Below, piece after piece: positions 1-8,697 of a DNA stretch of 64,000 nucleotides. Numbering within the stretch: the stretch's first letter is position 1; every line of letters starts with the position of its first letter. Source of the stretch: an uncultured Acidobacteriota bacterium (lineage in GTDB: Bacteria; Acidobacteriota; Polarisedimenticolia; J045). The notes beneath the pieces were generated by a model. It was not told where the DNA came from and made no database searches. It saw nothing but the letters and a program-made list of their open reading frames with translations. The position numbers and the translations under genes were made by a program. The stretch is from assembly GCA_963800865.1 (NCBI GenBank), contig CAWDCL010000004.1, positions 1,821,800-1,885,799 of the forward strand, written 5' to 3'.

Positions 1-309
1 CGCGATCAGCAGCGAGTAGACGCCCCAGGCCGCGATGAACAACCCCGCCACCACGGCCGCGGCCCGCTGCACGCCGGCCAGCGCGCCGCCGATCCCGTCG
101 ATCGCCGCGCCCAGCGTGCCCGCCAGCGCGCCGATCGCTGCGTAGACCAGGAGCCGGCCCAGCGAGTAGGCCGCGTGCGCGCCCCAGCTCGCGCGCCCCG
201 GCCCCGCCGTCCCGCCCGCGTAGAAGGCGACCAGTCCGCCGCACATCCCGGCGCAGTGCAGGCTGCCCAGCAGGCTGGCGACGAAGACCGTGGCGACGAG
301 GGCGCTCAC
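1..309 (-). CDS. Partial (3'-truncated by the window edge) membrane protein with an N-terminal HCxxMCGG motif. It lies downstream of fixH and is possibly a DsbD_2/TauE-like cbb3-associated membrane protein.
   Basis: My reverse-complement translation of 1..309 gives V/M-SALVATVFVASLLGSLHCAGMCGGLVAFYAGG..., which is hydrophobic and TM-like. Its GTG start overlaps the fixH stop (GTGA). The ORF runs off the window edge. Confidence 0.4.
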   Translation of the reverse strand, partial: MSALVATVFVASLLGSLHCAGMCGGLVAFYAGGTAGPGRASWGAHAAYSLGRLLVYAAIGALAGTLGAAIDGIGGALAGVQRAAAVVAGLFIAAWGVYSLLIA

Positions 310-797
310 GGCGTGATCCCGCAGACCTGGCGCAGCGTGTGGGTATAGGTCTCGGCGCCGCGCGTGATCGTGAAGCGCAGCTCCCACATCCCCGGCTCCA
401 GCCGGTCGAGCGTCCCCTCGTACCGGCGGTCGTCGCGCGCGGCGAGCGGGCCCGCCACGCGCCGGCCCGAGTTCGCTCCCTGGAACGCCTCGACCGCGAC
501 CGTCGCGCCCGGCAGCAGTTCCCCGTCCCGGCCGCGCAGCGCGGCCACGACCCAGGAGGCATTCGGCCCCGATCCGCAGCCCGCCTCGAGCCGCCAGCCC
601 AGCGCCTGGTTGGCGCTCTCCTGCGCCATCGTCCCGTCCCAGGCCAGCGCCTTCTGGTAGTAGTCCGGCTCGACCGCGAAGGTCGGGTCGCTGGTGGCCA
701 GCACGACCATCGCGACGTTGGCCCCGATCGCCAGCGCCAGCAGGCCGACGATCAGGAACGGCCAGAAGTGCCCCTTCCGCTTCCGTTCCTCAGTCAT
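306..797 (-). CDS. ccoH: FixH/CcoH, cbb3-type cytochrome oxidase assembly protein
   Basis: 163-aa ORF with an N-terminal TM helix (FWPFLIVGLLALAIGANVAMVVLA) and FixH-like periplasmic domain. It lies immediately downstream of ccoG and its start overlaps the ccoG stop. Confidence 0.7.
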   Translation of the reverse strand: MTEERKRKGHFWPFLIVGLLALAIGANVAMVVLATSDPTFAVEPDYYQKALAWDGTMAQESANQALGWRLEAGCGSGPNASWVVAALRGRDGELLPGATVAVEAFQGANSGRRVAGPLAARDDRRYEGTLDRLEPGMWELRFTITRGAETYTHTLRQVCGITP

Positions 798-2187
798 CAG
801 AGTCCTCCGGGCCGAGGAGCAGGTACTGCTCCTCCTCGACGAAGCCGGCGCCGTCGTCGACGCGGAACGTCACCGGCAGCTGCCCGTCGTCGAAGCGGCC
901 CTTCGACGCGCTGACGAAGATTGTCGTCGTCGCCGACCCGCCGTCGGCCACGGCGAGCGGGTTCTCCGGCGCGATGATCGCCAGCCCCGCCGGCGCGGCG
1001 ATCGACAGCGCGTACTTCCGGTCGGCGCCGCTGCGGTTGACGATCTTGATCCGGATCTGGTTCGCGATCTCCCCGGCCGGCGTCTCGACGAACGGTGCGC
1101 CGATCCCGCGCAGCACGGTCACGTCGGCCGCGCCGCGCCGGGCCAGCGCCACCCCCAGCGCGCCGAAGACCAGCACGAGCAGCACCGGGTAGATGATCAC
1201 GCGCGGCCGCAGGATCCGGCTGGGCTTCCGGTCGAAGCCGTCGACCGAGCCGTAGCGGATCAGTCCGCGCGGCCGCCCGATCCGATCCATGATCCCGTCG
1301 CAGGCGTCGATGCACTGGGTGCAGGCGACGCACTCCATCTGCAGCCCCTTCCGGATGTCGATCCCGGTCGGGCAGGTGATCACGCAGGCCTTGCAGTCGA
1401 TGCAGTCGCCGTAGCTCGCTCCCGGCGGGTCGGCCTTCCTCGGCCGGCCGCGCGGCTCGCCGCGGGCCGCGTCGTAACCGATGATCAGCGAGCGCCGGTC
1501 GAGCAGCACCGACTGGAACCGCCCGTAGGGGCAGGCGACGAGGCAGGTCTGCTCGCGGAACCAGGCGAAGTCCAGGAACATCGCGAGCGTCGTCCCGGCC
1601 ATCACCAGGAAGGCCGTCGGGTGCTCCACCGGCGACTGGCGGACCCAGCGCCAGAGCGCCTCCACGCCGACGAAGTAGGCCAGGAAGGTGTGGGCCAGGC
1701 CCATCGACAGCAGGAAGAAGACGAGCCACTTGGCGACGCGACGCAGGTTCGGGCCCTCACGGTCGAGCCGCATCTGCTTGCCGCGGTCGCCTTCGAACAG
1801 CCGCTCGATCGGCCGGTAGAGGTACTCCATGTAGACCGTCTGCGGGCAGCCCCAGCCGCACCAGACGCGTCCCAGGATCGCCGTCAGCAGGAAGATGGAG
1901 ATGAAGATGCCGACCAGCAGCAGCATCAGGAACATCGTGTCGGTCGGCAGGAAGGTCGTCCCGAACAGCGTGAACTGGCGCTTCGTGATGTCGAGCAGGA
2001 TCAGCGGCTTGCCGTTCATCCGGAGGTACGGGATCACCGTGAAGAGCGCGATCAGGGCCCAGGCCACGACGAAGCGCGCCTTCCAGAACCGGCCCTTCGC
2101 GGGCTTCGGCCGGATCCAGATCCGCTTCCCGTGCGCGTCGAGCGTCGAGAGGACCTGTTCGCCCGCGTCCGGGATCAGGGGGTTCAT
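790..2187 (-). CDS. ccoG: CcoG/FixG, cbb3 oxidase accessory 4Fe-4S ferredoxin-type membrane protein
   Basis: The real start is the internal ATG at 2187 (MNPLIPDAGEQ...). The N-terminal extension of the 669-aa track ORF is a GC artefact. Two ferredoxin Cys clusters (CPQTVYME, CIDCKACVITCP / CVACTQCIDAC) and TM helices are present. The start overlaps the ccoP stop (ATGA). Confidence 0.85.
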   Translation of the reverse strand: MNPLIPDAGEQVLSTLDAHGKRIWIRPKPAKGRFWKARFVVAWALIALFTVIPYLRMNGKPLILLDITKRQFTLFGTTFLPTDTMFLMLLLVGIFISIFLLTAILGRVWCGWGCPQTVYMEYLYRPIERLFEGDRGKQMRLDREGPNLRRVAKWLVFFLLSMGLAHTFLAYFVGVEALWRWVRQSPVEHPTAFLVMAGTTLAMFLDFAWFREQTCLVACPYGRFQSVLLDRRSLIIGYDAARGEPRGRPRKADPPGASYGDCIDCKACVITCPTGIDIRKGLQMECVACTQCIDACDGIMDRIGRPRGLIRYGSVDGFDRKPSRILRPRVIIYPVLLVLVFGALGVALARRGAADVTVLRGIGAPFVETPAGEIANQIRIKIVNRSGADRKYALSIAAPAGLAIIAPENPLAVADGGSATTTIFVSASKGRFDDGQLPVTFRVDDGAGFVEEEQYLLLGPEDSDD

Positions 2188-2885
2188 GGGGCCTTCGGCG
2201 CTCCGGCGGGCGCAGTCGCGGGCGGCCCGGCGCAGCCGATGGCGAAGCCGGGTCCTTCGGTGCGTTGGCGACGATCTCGGCGTCGGCCTTCGCTTCCAGC
2301 GTCTCGCGCTGCGAGGCGTCGAACCGGTCGCCCTGCGGGGCCTTGGGGTTGGGCGGGTTCGTTCCCTTGAGCGTGTCGACGTAGGCGGCGACGCGTGAGG
2401 ATCTGCGCGATCGGGAGCTGCGTCTTCCACGACAGCATCCCCTTGGCCGGGACCCCTTCCATCACCGTGGTGTAGATCTGCGTCGGCAGCGCGCCGTGCA
2501 GCCAGAAGTCGTCGGTCAGGTTGGGGCCGATGTTCCCCTCGCCCTGCATCCCGTGGCAGGGGGAGCACTTCGACTGGAACAGCGCCTGCGCCGCCAGCAT
2601 CTTGTTCTGGTCGCCCTTGAGGCCGTTGAGGGTCTGGTTGGTGATCGGCCCCAGCTTGAGGATCTCCTTCATCTGCATGTCGGAGACGACCAGCATGTTG
2701 CGGTTGTACTGCCCCTCGACCGACTCGCCGGCGCCGAGGTGGTAGTAGACCAGGTAGAACGCCGAGGAGGCGATCGTCAGCCAGAAGAGCACCAGCCACC
2801 AGGTCGGCAGCGGGTTGTCGTACTCCTGGATCCCGTCGAAGGCGTGGTGGCGGAGTTCGTCCTGGGTCGTCAGGTGCTCAGACAT
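2184..2885 (-). CDS. ccoP: CcoP, cbb3-type cytochrome c oxidase subunit III. It appears mono-haem (one CxxCH) and the C-terminal third has ambiguous reading-frame continuity.
   Basis: The real start is ATG at 2885 (MSEHLTTQDELRHHAFDGIQEYDNPLPTWW...), which carries the conserved CcoP N-terminal motif. There is a single CSPCH haem motif. Downstream of ...PIAQILT the annotated frame becomes Arg-rich junk, while the +1 frame encodes a canonical cytochrome c terminal helix (VAAYVDTLKG...). The annotated stop overlaps the ccoG ATG. Confidence 0.7.
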   Translation of the reverse strand: MSEHLTTQDELRHHAFDGIQEYDNPLPTWWLVLFWLTIASSAFYLVYYHLGAGESVEGQYNRNMLVVSDMQMKEILKLGPITNQTLNGLKGDQNKMLAAQALFQSKCSPCHGMQGEGNIGPNLTDDFWLHGALPTQIYTTVMEGVPAKGMLSWKTQLPIAQILTRRRLRRHAQGNEPAQPQGPAGRPVRRLAARDAGSEGRRRDRRQRTEGPGFAIGCAGPPATAPAGAPKAP

Positions 2886-3102
2886 GGCGGGGATCCTCGT
2901 GGCGCGCCGTGCGGCCGGGGAGGCGCCCGGCGGGCGTGCTGTCGTCATCGAGAGGGAGTTGGCGCATCTCTTCCTGGGCCGCCCGGTTCCGCCGGAGGAA
3001 GGTCCAGACGACGATCGCCAGGAAGGCCAGGATCGAGACGATCAGCCCCCACTCCGCGAAACCGGTGAAGCCGGAGCCGCTCATCAGGTCGGAGAGGCTC
3101 AT
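2878..3102 (-). CDS. ccoQ: CcoQ/FixQ, small cbb3 oxidase membrane subunit
   Basis: 74-aa ORF (MSLSDLMSGSGFTGFAEWGLIVSILAFLAIVVWTFLRRNR...) with a single TM helix. Its ATG overlaps the ccoNO stop (TGATG). It is not listed separately in the ORF track because it sits inside a spurious long ORF. Confidence 0.7.
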   Translation of the reverse strand: MSLSDLMSGSGFTGFAEWGLIVSILAFLAIVVWTFLRRNRAAQEEMRQLPLDDDSTPAGRLPGRTARHEDPRHV

Positions 3103-5414
3103 CAGTGCGTTCCCGCGGGGGCGGGTGCGGCGCCGGCGGCCGGGTCGACGGTGGGCGATCCGGGAGCGGCCTCGGCCTGGGCCGGCGCCGGCGGGGCGGC
3201 CGGGGGCTCGCCCGGCGGCGGCAGGTTCTTGATGTCGGTCCCCAGCCGCTGCATGTAGGCCACCAGCGCGATCACCTTCCGGTCCTCGAGCCCCTTCGGC
3301 CCGCCCTGCGCGACGATCGCCTCGGAGATCTTCGCCGCCTGGGCCCGCGCCGCGTCGATCCCGCCCGCGATGTCGGCCTCGCCGTAGGGGACCCCCAGCG
3401 TGCGCATCGCCTTCATGTGGGCCGGGATCGAGCCGAAGTCGAGCGGCGACGCCAGCAGCCACTGGTAGCGCGGCATGATCGACTGCGGCGTCGTGGAGCG
3501 CGGGTTCTCGAAGTGGCGGACGTGCCAGAGGTCGGGGTACTTGCCGCCCACCCGCTGCAGGTCCGGCCCGATCCGGCGCGAGCCCCACTGGAAGGGGTGG
3601 TCGTAGACCGACTCGCCCGGCTTGGCGTACTCGCCGTAGCGCAGCACCTCGGCGTAGATCGGCCGCACCTGCTGGGAGTGGCAGTTGTAGCACCCCTCCG
3701 CCAGGTAGATGTCGCGGCCCGCCAGCTCGAGCGGCGTGAACGGCTTGACCGAGGCGATCGTCGGGACGTTCGCCTTGATCGTGAAGAGCGGAACGATCTG
3801 GAACAGCGACGCGGTGATCACCGCGACCGCGACCCAGACCGTGAAGACCAGCGGCAGCCGCTCCCAGCGGCCGTGCCAGCCGGCGGAGGCGAAGCGCTCG
3901 AGCTTGTAGGCGAAGTTGGTGACGTGGGCCCCGGTCGAGCGCAGGTAGGACGGCCGCGGCGCCGGGTCGACGTAGTGCCTGGCGAGCGCCGGAGCCTCGT
4001 AGACCGGGACCTCGTAGCGTGCGGGGCGCCGGGTCCAGGTCATCACGCCGTTGACGACGCACATGATCGCGCCGACCAGGTAGAGCGTGCCGCCGACGAC
4101 GCGGACCCAGTACATCGGGATCAGCTTCATCGTGGTCTCGATGAAGTCGGGGTAGGCCAGCTGGCCGGTGTCGGTGAAGGCCCGCCACATCAGGCCCTGG
4201 GTCAGGCCGGCGGCGTAGATCGCCACGATGTAGAGCAGGATCCCGACGGTCGCGATCCAGAAGTGGACCTCGGCCCACTTGCGGCTCCACAGCTCGGTCT
4301 GGAACAGCCGCGGGAAGAGCCAGTAGAGCATCCCGAAGGCCATGAAGCCGACCCAGCCCAGCGCGCCGGCGTGGACGTGGGCGATCGTCCAGTCGGTGTA
4401 GTGCGAGAGCGCGTTGACGCTCTTGATCGAGAGCAGCGGCCCCTCGAAGGTCGACATCCCGTAGAAGGTGATCGCGACCACGAAGAACTTCAGGACCGGG
4501 TCCTCGGTGACCTTGTTCCAGGCGCCGCGCAGGGTCAGCAGGCCGTTGATCATCCCGCCCCAGGAGGGCATCCAGAGCATCACCGAGAAGAGCATCCCCA
4601 GCGTCGAGGCCCAGGCCGGCAGCGCGGTGTAGTGCAGGTGGTGCGGCCCGGCCCAGATATAGATGAAGACCAGCGACCAGAAGTGCAGGATCGACAGCTT
4701 GTAGGAGTAGACGGGGCGGTTCGCGGCCTTGGGCAGGAAGTAGTACATCATCCCGAGGATCGGCGTCGTCAGCAGGAAGCCGACCGCGTTGTGGCCGTAC
4801 CACCACTGCATGAAGGCGTCCTGCACGCCGGGGTAGATCGAGTAGCTCTTCAGCCAGCCGGCGGGGACCGCCAGGCTGTTGAAGATGTGCAGCAGCGCGA
4901 TCGTCACCACGGTCGCGATGTAGAACCAGATCGCGACGTAGAGGTGCCGCTCGCGGCGGACCGCGATCGTGCCGAAGAAGTTGACCGCGAAGATCACCCA
5001 GACCAGCGCGATCACGATGTCGATCGGCCACTCCAGCTCGGCGTACTCCTTCCCCGACGTGACGCCGGCCAGGAGCGTCACCGCGGCGGAGACGATGATC
5101 AGCTGCCAGCCCCAGAAGTGGAGCCGGCCGAGCGTGTCGTTCCACATCCGCGTCCTGAGCAGGCGCTGCATCGAGTAGTAGACGCCGGCAAAGATCGCGT
5201 TCGCGGTGAACGCGAAGATGACCGCGTTGGTGTGCAGCGGGCGCAGCCGGCCGAACGACAGCCACGAGGTGGCGAAGTTGAAGGCCGGGTTGGCCAGCTG
5301 CAGCGCGGCGATCACGCCGACCAGCATGCCGACGACGCCCCACAGCATCGTCGCCCAGACGAACATCCGGACGAGGCCGTCGTCGTAGGAAAAGCGTTCC
5401 AACCGTTCGCTCAT
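3102..5414 (-). CDS. ccoNO: Fused CcoN-CcoO (cbb3-type cytochrome c oxidase subunits I+II)
   Basis: 770 aa. The N-terminal ~480 aa is a haem-copper oxidase subunit I with 12 TM helices and conserved His ligands (HNAVGF, HHLHYTA, HVHAGALG). The C-terminal ~250 aa is a CcoO mono-haem domain with CYNCHS. Fused NO proteins are known in several phyla. Confidence 0.9.
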   Translation of the reverse strand: MSERLERFSYDDGLVRMFVWATMLWGVVGMLVGVIAALQLANPAFNFATSWLSFGRLRPLHTNAVIFAFTANAIFAGVYYSMQRLLRTRMWNDTLGRLHFWGWQLIIVSAAVTLLAGVTSGKEYAELEWPIDIVIALVWVIFAVNFFGTIAVRRERHLYVAIWFYIATVVTIALLHIFNSLAVPAGWLKSYSIYPGVQDAFMQWWYGHNAVGFLLTTPILGMMYYFLPKAANRPVYSYKLSILHFWSLVFIYIWAGPHHLHYTALPAWASTLGMLFSVMLWMPSWGGMINGLLTLRGAWNKVTEDPVLKFFVVAITFYGMSTFEGPLLSIKSVNALSHYTDWTIAHVHAGALGWVGFMAFGMLYWLFPRLFQTELWSRKWAEVHFWIATVGILLYIVAIYAAGLTQGLMWRAFTDTGQLAYPDFIETTMKLIPMYWVRVVGGTLYLVGAIMCVVNGVMTWTRRPARYEVPVYEAPALARHYVDPAPRPSYLRSTGAHVTNFAYKLERFASAGWHGRWERLPLVFTVWVAVAVITASLFQIVPLFTIKANVPTIASVKPFTPLELAGRDIYLAEGCYNCHSQQVRPIYAEVLRYGEYAKPGESVYDHPFQWGSRRIGPDLQRVGGKYPDLWHVRHFENPRSTTPQSIMPRYQWLLASPLDFGSIPAHMKAMRTLGVPYGEADIAGGIDAARAQAAKISEAIVAQGGPKGLEDRKVIALVAYMQRLGTDIKNLPPPGEPPAAPPAPAQAEAAPGSPTVDPAAGAAPAPAGTH

Positions 5415-5863
5415 GAGCTCTCCGTGGTCTTCGTTCCATTCTGCAGGGAAACGGGCCGCGCCCCGCTGCGCGCCAGCAGGCGCCGCACGGCGGGGCTGGC
5501 CAGGGCCAGGCTGCGCGGGACGGCGAGCAGGTCGCAGGCCGCGCTGACGACGACGTCCTTCGTCGAGGGGAGTTCCAGCTCCTCGAGCGGCGGCACGAGC
5601 GCGGGGAGGCCGCCGGACTCGACGCCGGGGGGGGCGGGGCCGCCGCGCGGGCGGGCGGCCGGGTCCTCGAGCCGCAGCGCGCCGCCGAGCAGGACGAACA
5701 GGCCGGGCGGGAAGTGGCCCGCGTAGAGCAGGACCTGGCCCGCCGTCCCGGAGACCCGGCTCACGTCGGGGAGGCGCGACAGCTCGTCCAGCGCCGTGCC
5801 GGCTTCGAGCCGGTCGGCACCCGGTGCGCTGCGCGCGCGCGGTCCCCGCGGGGCGGCTCTCAT
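5411..5863 (-). CDS. Small putative cyclic-nucleotide-binding-domain protein encoded immediately upstream of ccoNO with an ATGA overlap
   Basis: 150-aa ORF with a degenerate cNMP-binding signature (...GLFVLLGGALRLED...EELELPSTKDVVVSAACDLLAVPRSLAL...). Its stop overlaps the ccoNO ATG, which suggests translational coupling. The FNR box lies ~65 nt upstream of its ATG. Support is weak because the composition is typical of GC-rich sequence. Confidence 0.4.
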   Translation of the reverse strand: MRAAPRGPRARSAPGADRLEAGTALDELSRLPDVSRVSGTAGQVLLYAGHFPPGLFVLLGGALRLEDPAARPRGGPAPPGVESGGLPALVPPLEELELPSTKDVVVSAACDLLAVPRSLALASPAVRRLLARSGARPVSLQNGTKTTESS

Positions 5864-5923
5864 CGCGGGCGAAAGTCTACCGGGCGGCGGCGGAACGACT
5901 CTTGAGCCGCGTCAGGCGCCCGC

Positions 5924-5937
5924 TTGATGAAGATCAA
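5924..5937. promoter_or_regulatory. FNR/FixK box TTGATGAAGATCAA (perfect TTGAT-N4-ATCAA palindrome) in the divergent region between the cbb3 operon and the fnr-like gene
   Basis: Exact match to the anaerobox consensus. It is centred ~67 nt upstream of the 5863 ATG (minus strand) and ~100 nt upstream of the fnr ATG at 6030. Confidence 0.75.
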
Positions 5938-6029
5938 GTTCCGGCGGCATCATGGGCGCCTCCCGCCGCCCCTCGCCCCGACCTCCCGGGGGAGCGGATG
6001 CGCAAGCGGGACGGCGGCGCTCGGTCCGG

Positions 6030-6782
6030 ATGCCAAGGAAGCCCAAGGGGATGCGTGGCGGCACCCAGCCGCTGCGGCCGACCGCGTGCCTCGCCTGCGA
6101 AGCCCGCGGGACGACCGAGTGGTGCGGCCTGCCGGAGGATGACGTCCGGCTTCTCAGTCAGTCCAAGGTGAGCAACGTCTACCGGCCGGGGCAGGTCGTC
6201 TTCTACCAGGGGCAGCCGTGCCTCGGCCTGCACTGCATCGAGTCCGGGACGGTCGCGCTGCGCAAGACCGACGCGCGGGGCGACTCGGTCATCGCGCGGC
6301 TGTTCCACGGCGGCCAGACGCTGGGCTACCTGGCCTACTTCGCGCGGCGTCCCTACACCGGCACCGCCGAGGCGGTCACGGAGTGCCGGATCTGCTTCAT
6401 CGACAAGGCGGCGGTGCGGACGATCGTGTCGCGCAACCCGGGGGTCGCGCAGCGCTTCCTCGGCCGGATCGCCGACAACCTCTCCGAGGCCGAGGACGCG
6501 CGGCTTGCCGCCTCGACCCTCCCGCTGCGCTCGCGCCTGGCCGAGCTGCTGGTCGCGGTCCGCGACCGCTTCGGCGCGGCCGGAGAGGACGGGACGATCA
6601 CGCTGCGGCTGCCGCTCTCGCGCCAGGACATCGCGGCGATGCTCGGCGCGCGGCCGGAGAGCCTCTCGCGCGCGATCCGCGAGCTGTCCGACGCGGGGGT
6701 GGCGGTCTTCGACGGCCGCGACGTGACGATCCCCGACCTCGACGCGCTGATCGACGAAGCGGAGCAGGCGGGGGGCGCGTGA
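6030..6782 (+). CDS. fnr: Crp/Fnr-family transcriptional regulator, FNR-type with an N-terminal Cys cluster
   Basis: The likely start is ATG 6030 (MPRKPKGMRGG...). There is an N-terminal Cys cluster (CLACEARGTTEWC), a cNMP-binding domain, and a C-terminal HTH (RQDIAAMLGARPESLSRAIRELSDAG). It is divergent from the cbb3 operon and shares the FNR box with it. Confidence 0.8.
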   Translation: MPRKPKGMRGGTQPLRPTACLACEARGTTEWCGLPEDDVRLLSQSKVSNVYRPGQVVFYQGQPCLGLHCIESGTVALRKTDARGDSVIARLFHGGQTLGYLAYFARRPYTGTAEAVTECRICFIDKAAVRTIVSRNPGVAQRFLGRIADNLSEAEDARLAASTLPLRSRLAELLVAVRDRFGAAGEDGTITLRLPLSRQDIAAMLGARPESLSRAIRELSDAGVAVFDGRDVTIPDLDALIDEAEQAGGA

Positions 6783-8653
6783 CGGCGCCGCCGGGCGGGC
6801 GCGGCGCGGGCGCGCTGCTCGCGGTCGCGCTGCTCGTCGCGCTGCTGGCGGGGGTCGCGTACCGCGGCGCGCTCGGCGCCGGGTGGATCTGGGACGACCG
6901 GCTGGTCGTGACGCAGCAGCTGCCCCGGTTTCACGGTGTCCGCGATGCCTTCTTCCCGGCCGGCGACGTGCCGCGCCTCGTGCCCCAGTACTACCGGCCG
7001 GCGGTCATCCTCTCGTGGCTGGTCGATGACGCCCTGGCCCGCCGCGCCGTCGGCGCACCGGGCGATTCCGGCGCGGCGCTCGACGGGGCGTCCGAGCGGC
7101 CGGTCGACGAGGCGCTCGACGGCGCGCGGCAGCGTGCGTTCCACCGGACGAACCTGCTGCTGCATGCGTCGAACGCGGCGCTCGTGGCCCTGCTGGCCGC
7201 GGCGCTGGCGGGCCTGGCTCCCGCGCCGTCCGCCCGCCGGCTCGCGATCGCGGCGGGGGCCGGAGCGCTGTTCGCGATCCATCCGCTGGCGGCCGAGCCG
7301 GTGACCTGGGCCGCCGGACGCTCGGATCTCCTCATGGCGCTGTTCGTCCTCGGCGCGCTGCTCTGCTTCGTGCGCGGGATCGCGCGGGGCGATCGGCTGG
7401 CGCTGGTGGCCGCGGGGGTTCTCTACCTGCCGGGCCTGCTCTCGAAGGAGTCGGCGCTCGGCGCGCTGTCCGCGTTCGCGCTGCTGGCGCTGGCCCGGCG
7501 CGACCCGGCGTCCGGCCCGCCACCGGCGCCGCGGCCCCTCGCCGCGCTCCTCCCGCTGGGCGCTGCGGCCGCCGTCTACGCGATCCTGCGCGGCGCCGCG
7601 GCGGGAGCGTCCGCCGTACCCCCGGTCGCGCCGGCGGCGGGCCGCCTTGCCGACGCGCTCGCGGTGCTCGGCTGGAGCGTCGAACGCGTGCTCTGGCCGT
7701 TTCCGATGGAGGTCTTCGTCGTCGACGTCGACTCCATCCCCCGCGCCGCGCTCGGCGCGGCGCTCGTCGCGGCCTGCTCGGCTGCGGTCGTGATGTTCGT
7801 CCGGCGCGGCGGCGGCTGGACGGTGCCTGCCGTCGCAGCGTCGCTCTTCCTCGGGCCGCTGCTCCCGCCGCTCGCGACGCTGGCCGGGGAGCTTTCCCCG
7901 GTGATCGCGGCGGAGCGCTACCTCTACCTCCCGCTGGCGGGATTCGCGATCGGCGTGACGTTCCTGCTGGCGGAAATCGGTGCGCGTTATGTGCCGGCGC
8001 GCGCCGCGCCCTGGCTGCCGGCTGCCGCGCTCGCGTTCGTCCTCGTTCCGGCGTGGCGCGTGACGGAAGCGAGGGTCGCCATCTGGTCCAGCGAGGAGCG
8101 GCTCTGGACGCTGGCGGTCGAGCAGGCGCCCGGGAGCCTGTTGCCGCAGCTCAACCTCGGGCTCGCGTACGACCGGTCGGGACGCGCCGACGAGGCGATC
8201 GCCGCGTATCGCCGCGCGGTGGAAGGGAAGGGGACCGATCGCGGCCGGGCGCTCGCCTTCTCGCACCTCGGCGCCGCGCTGCTGGCGAAGGGCGACCTTC
8301 CGGGCGCTGTCGCGGCGCTGTCGCAATCGGTTGCGCTCGATCCGCGCGCGGCCCGCACCCAGTACAACCTCGCCCACGCCCTGGTCCGACAGTCGGACCG
8401 CGTCGCGGATCGGGCGGCGCGCGACAACCTGCTTCAGGCCGCGCTCCCGCACTTCGAGGCCGCGCTCGAGAGCGACTCCGGCTACGTCCTGGCGCGTTTC
8501 CACTACGGCGACGTGCTGGCGCGCCTGGGCCAGGTGGACGCCGGGATCGCCGCGCTGGAAGAGGGCCTGGCGCGCGCGCCGGATCACTCCCAGGCGGCGC
8601 AGGCGCGGCGCCTGCTCGAGCGGCTGCGACGGGGAAGCAACGTAAGTCGGTAA
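6779..8653 (+). CDS. Multi-pass membrane protein with a C-terminal TPR repeat domain (GT-C/PMT-like membrane domain plus TPR, TMTC-like)
   Basis: The probable GTG start at 6779 overlaps the fnr stop. The N-terminal ~420 aa has many TM helices and a WIWDD motif in the first loop. The C-terminal ~200 aa has TPR-like repeats (LGLAYDRSGRADEAIAAYRRAV..., YNLAHALVRQ...). The N-terminal 190 aa of the track ORF is an artefact. Confidence 0.65.
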   Translation: MTAPPGGRGAGALLAVALLVALLAGVAYRGALGAGWIWDDRLVVTQQLPRFHGVRDAFFPAGDVPRLVPQYYRPAVILSWLVDDALARRAVGAPGDSGAALDGASERPVDEALDGARQRAFHRTNLLLHASNAALVALLAAALAGLAPAPSARRLAIAAGAGALFAIHPLAAEPVTWAAGRSDLLMALFVLGALLCFVRGIARGDRLALVAAGVLYLPGLLSKESALGALSAFALLALARRDPASGPPPAPRPLAALLPLGAAAAVYAILRGAAAGASAVPPVAPAAGRLADALAVLGWSVERVLWPFPMEVFVVDVDSIPRAALGAALVAACSAAVVMFVRRGGGWTVPAVAASLFLGPLLPPLATLAGELSPVIAAERYLYLPLAGFAIGVTFLLAEIGARYVPARAAPWLPAAALAFVLVPAWRVTEARVAIWSSEERLWTLAVEQAPGSLLPQLNLGLAYDRSGRADEAIAAYRRAVEGKGTDRGRALAFSHLGAALLAKGDLPGAVAALSQSVALDPRAARTQYNLAHALVRQSDRVADRAARDNLLQAALPHFEAALESDSGYVLARFHYGDVLARLGQVDAGIAALEEGLARAPDHSQAAQARRLLERLRRGSNVSR

Positions 8654-8697
8654 GCCGGCCTGCAGGACGGCGAGGGGGGCGCTTCGGGCCGGCCCGA

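Noticed and set aside
2878-5439. 853-aa minus-strand ORF and the 873-aa plus-strand ORF (3105..5726) overlapping ccoNO
   Set aside because: Arg/Pro/Gly-rich translations typical of off-frame reading of ~70% GC DNA. The real gene is ccoNO in the third frame. Only the last 74 codons of the 853-aa ORF (ccoQ) are real.
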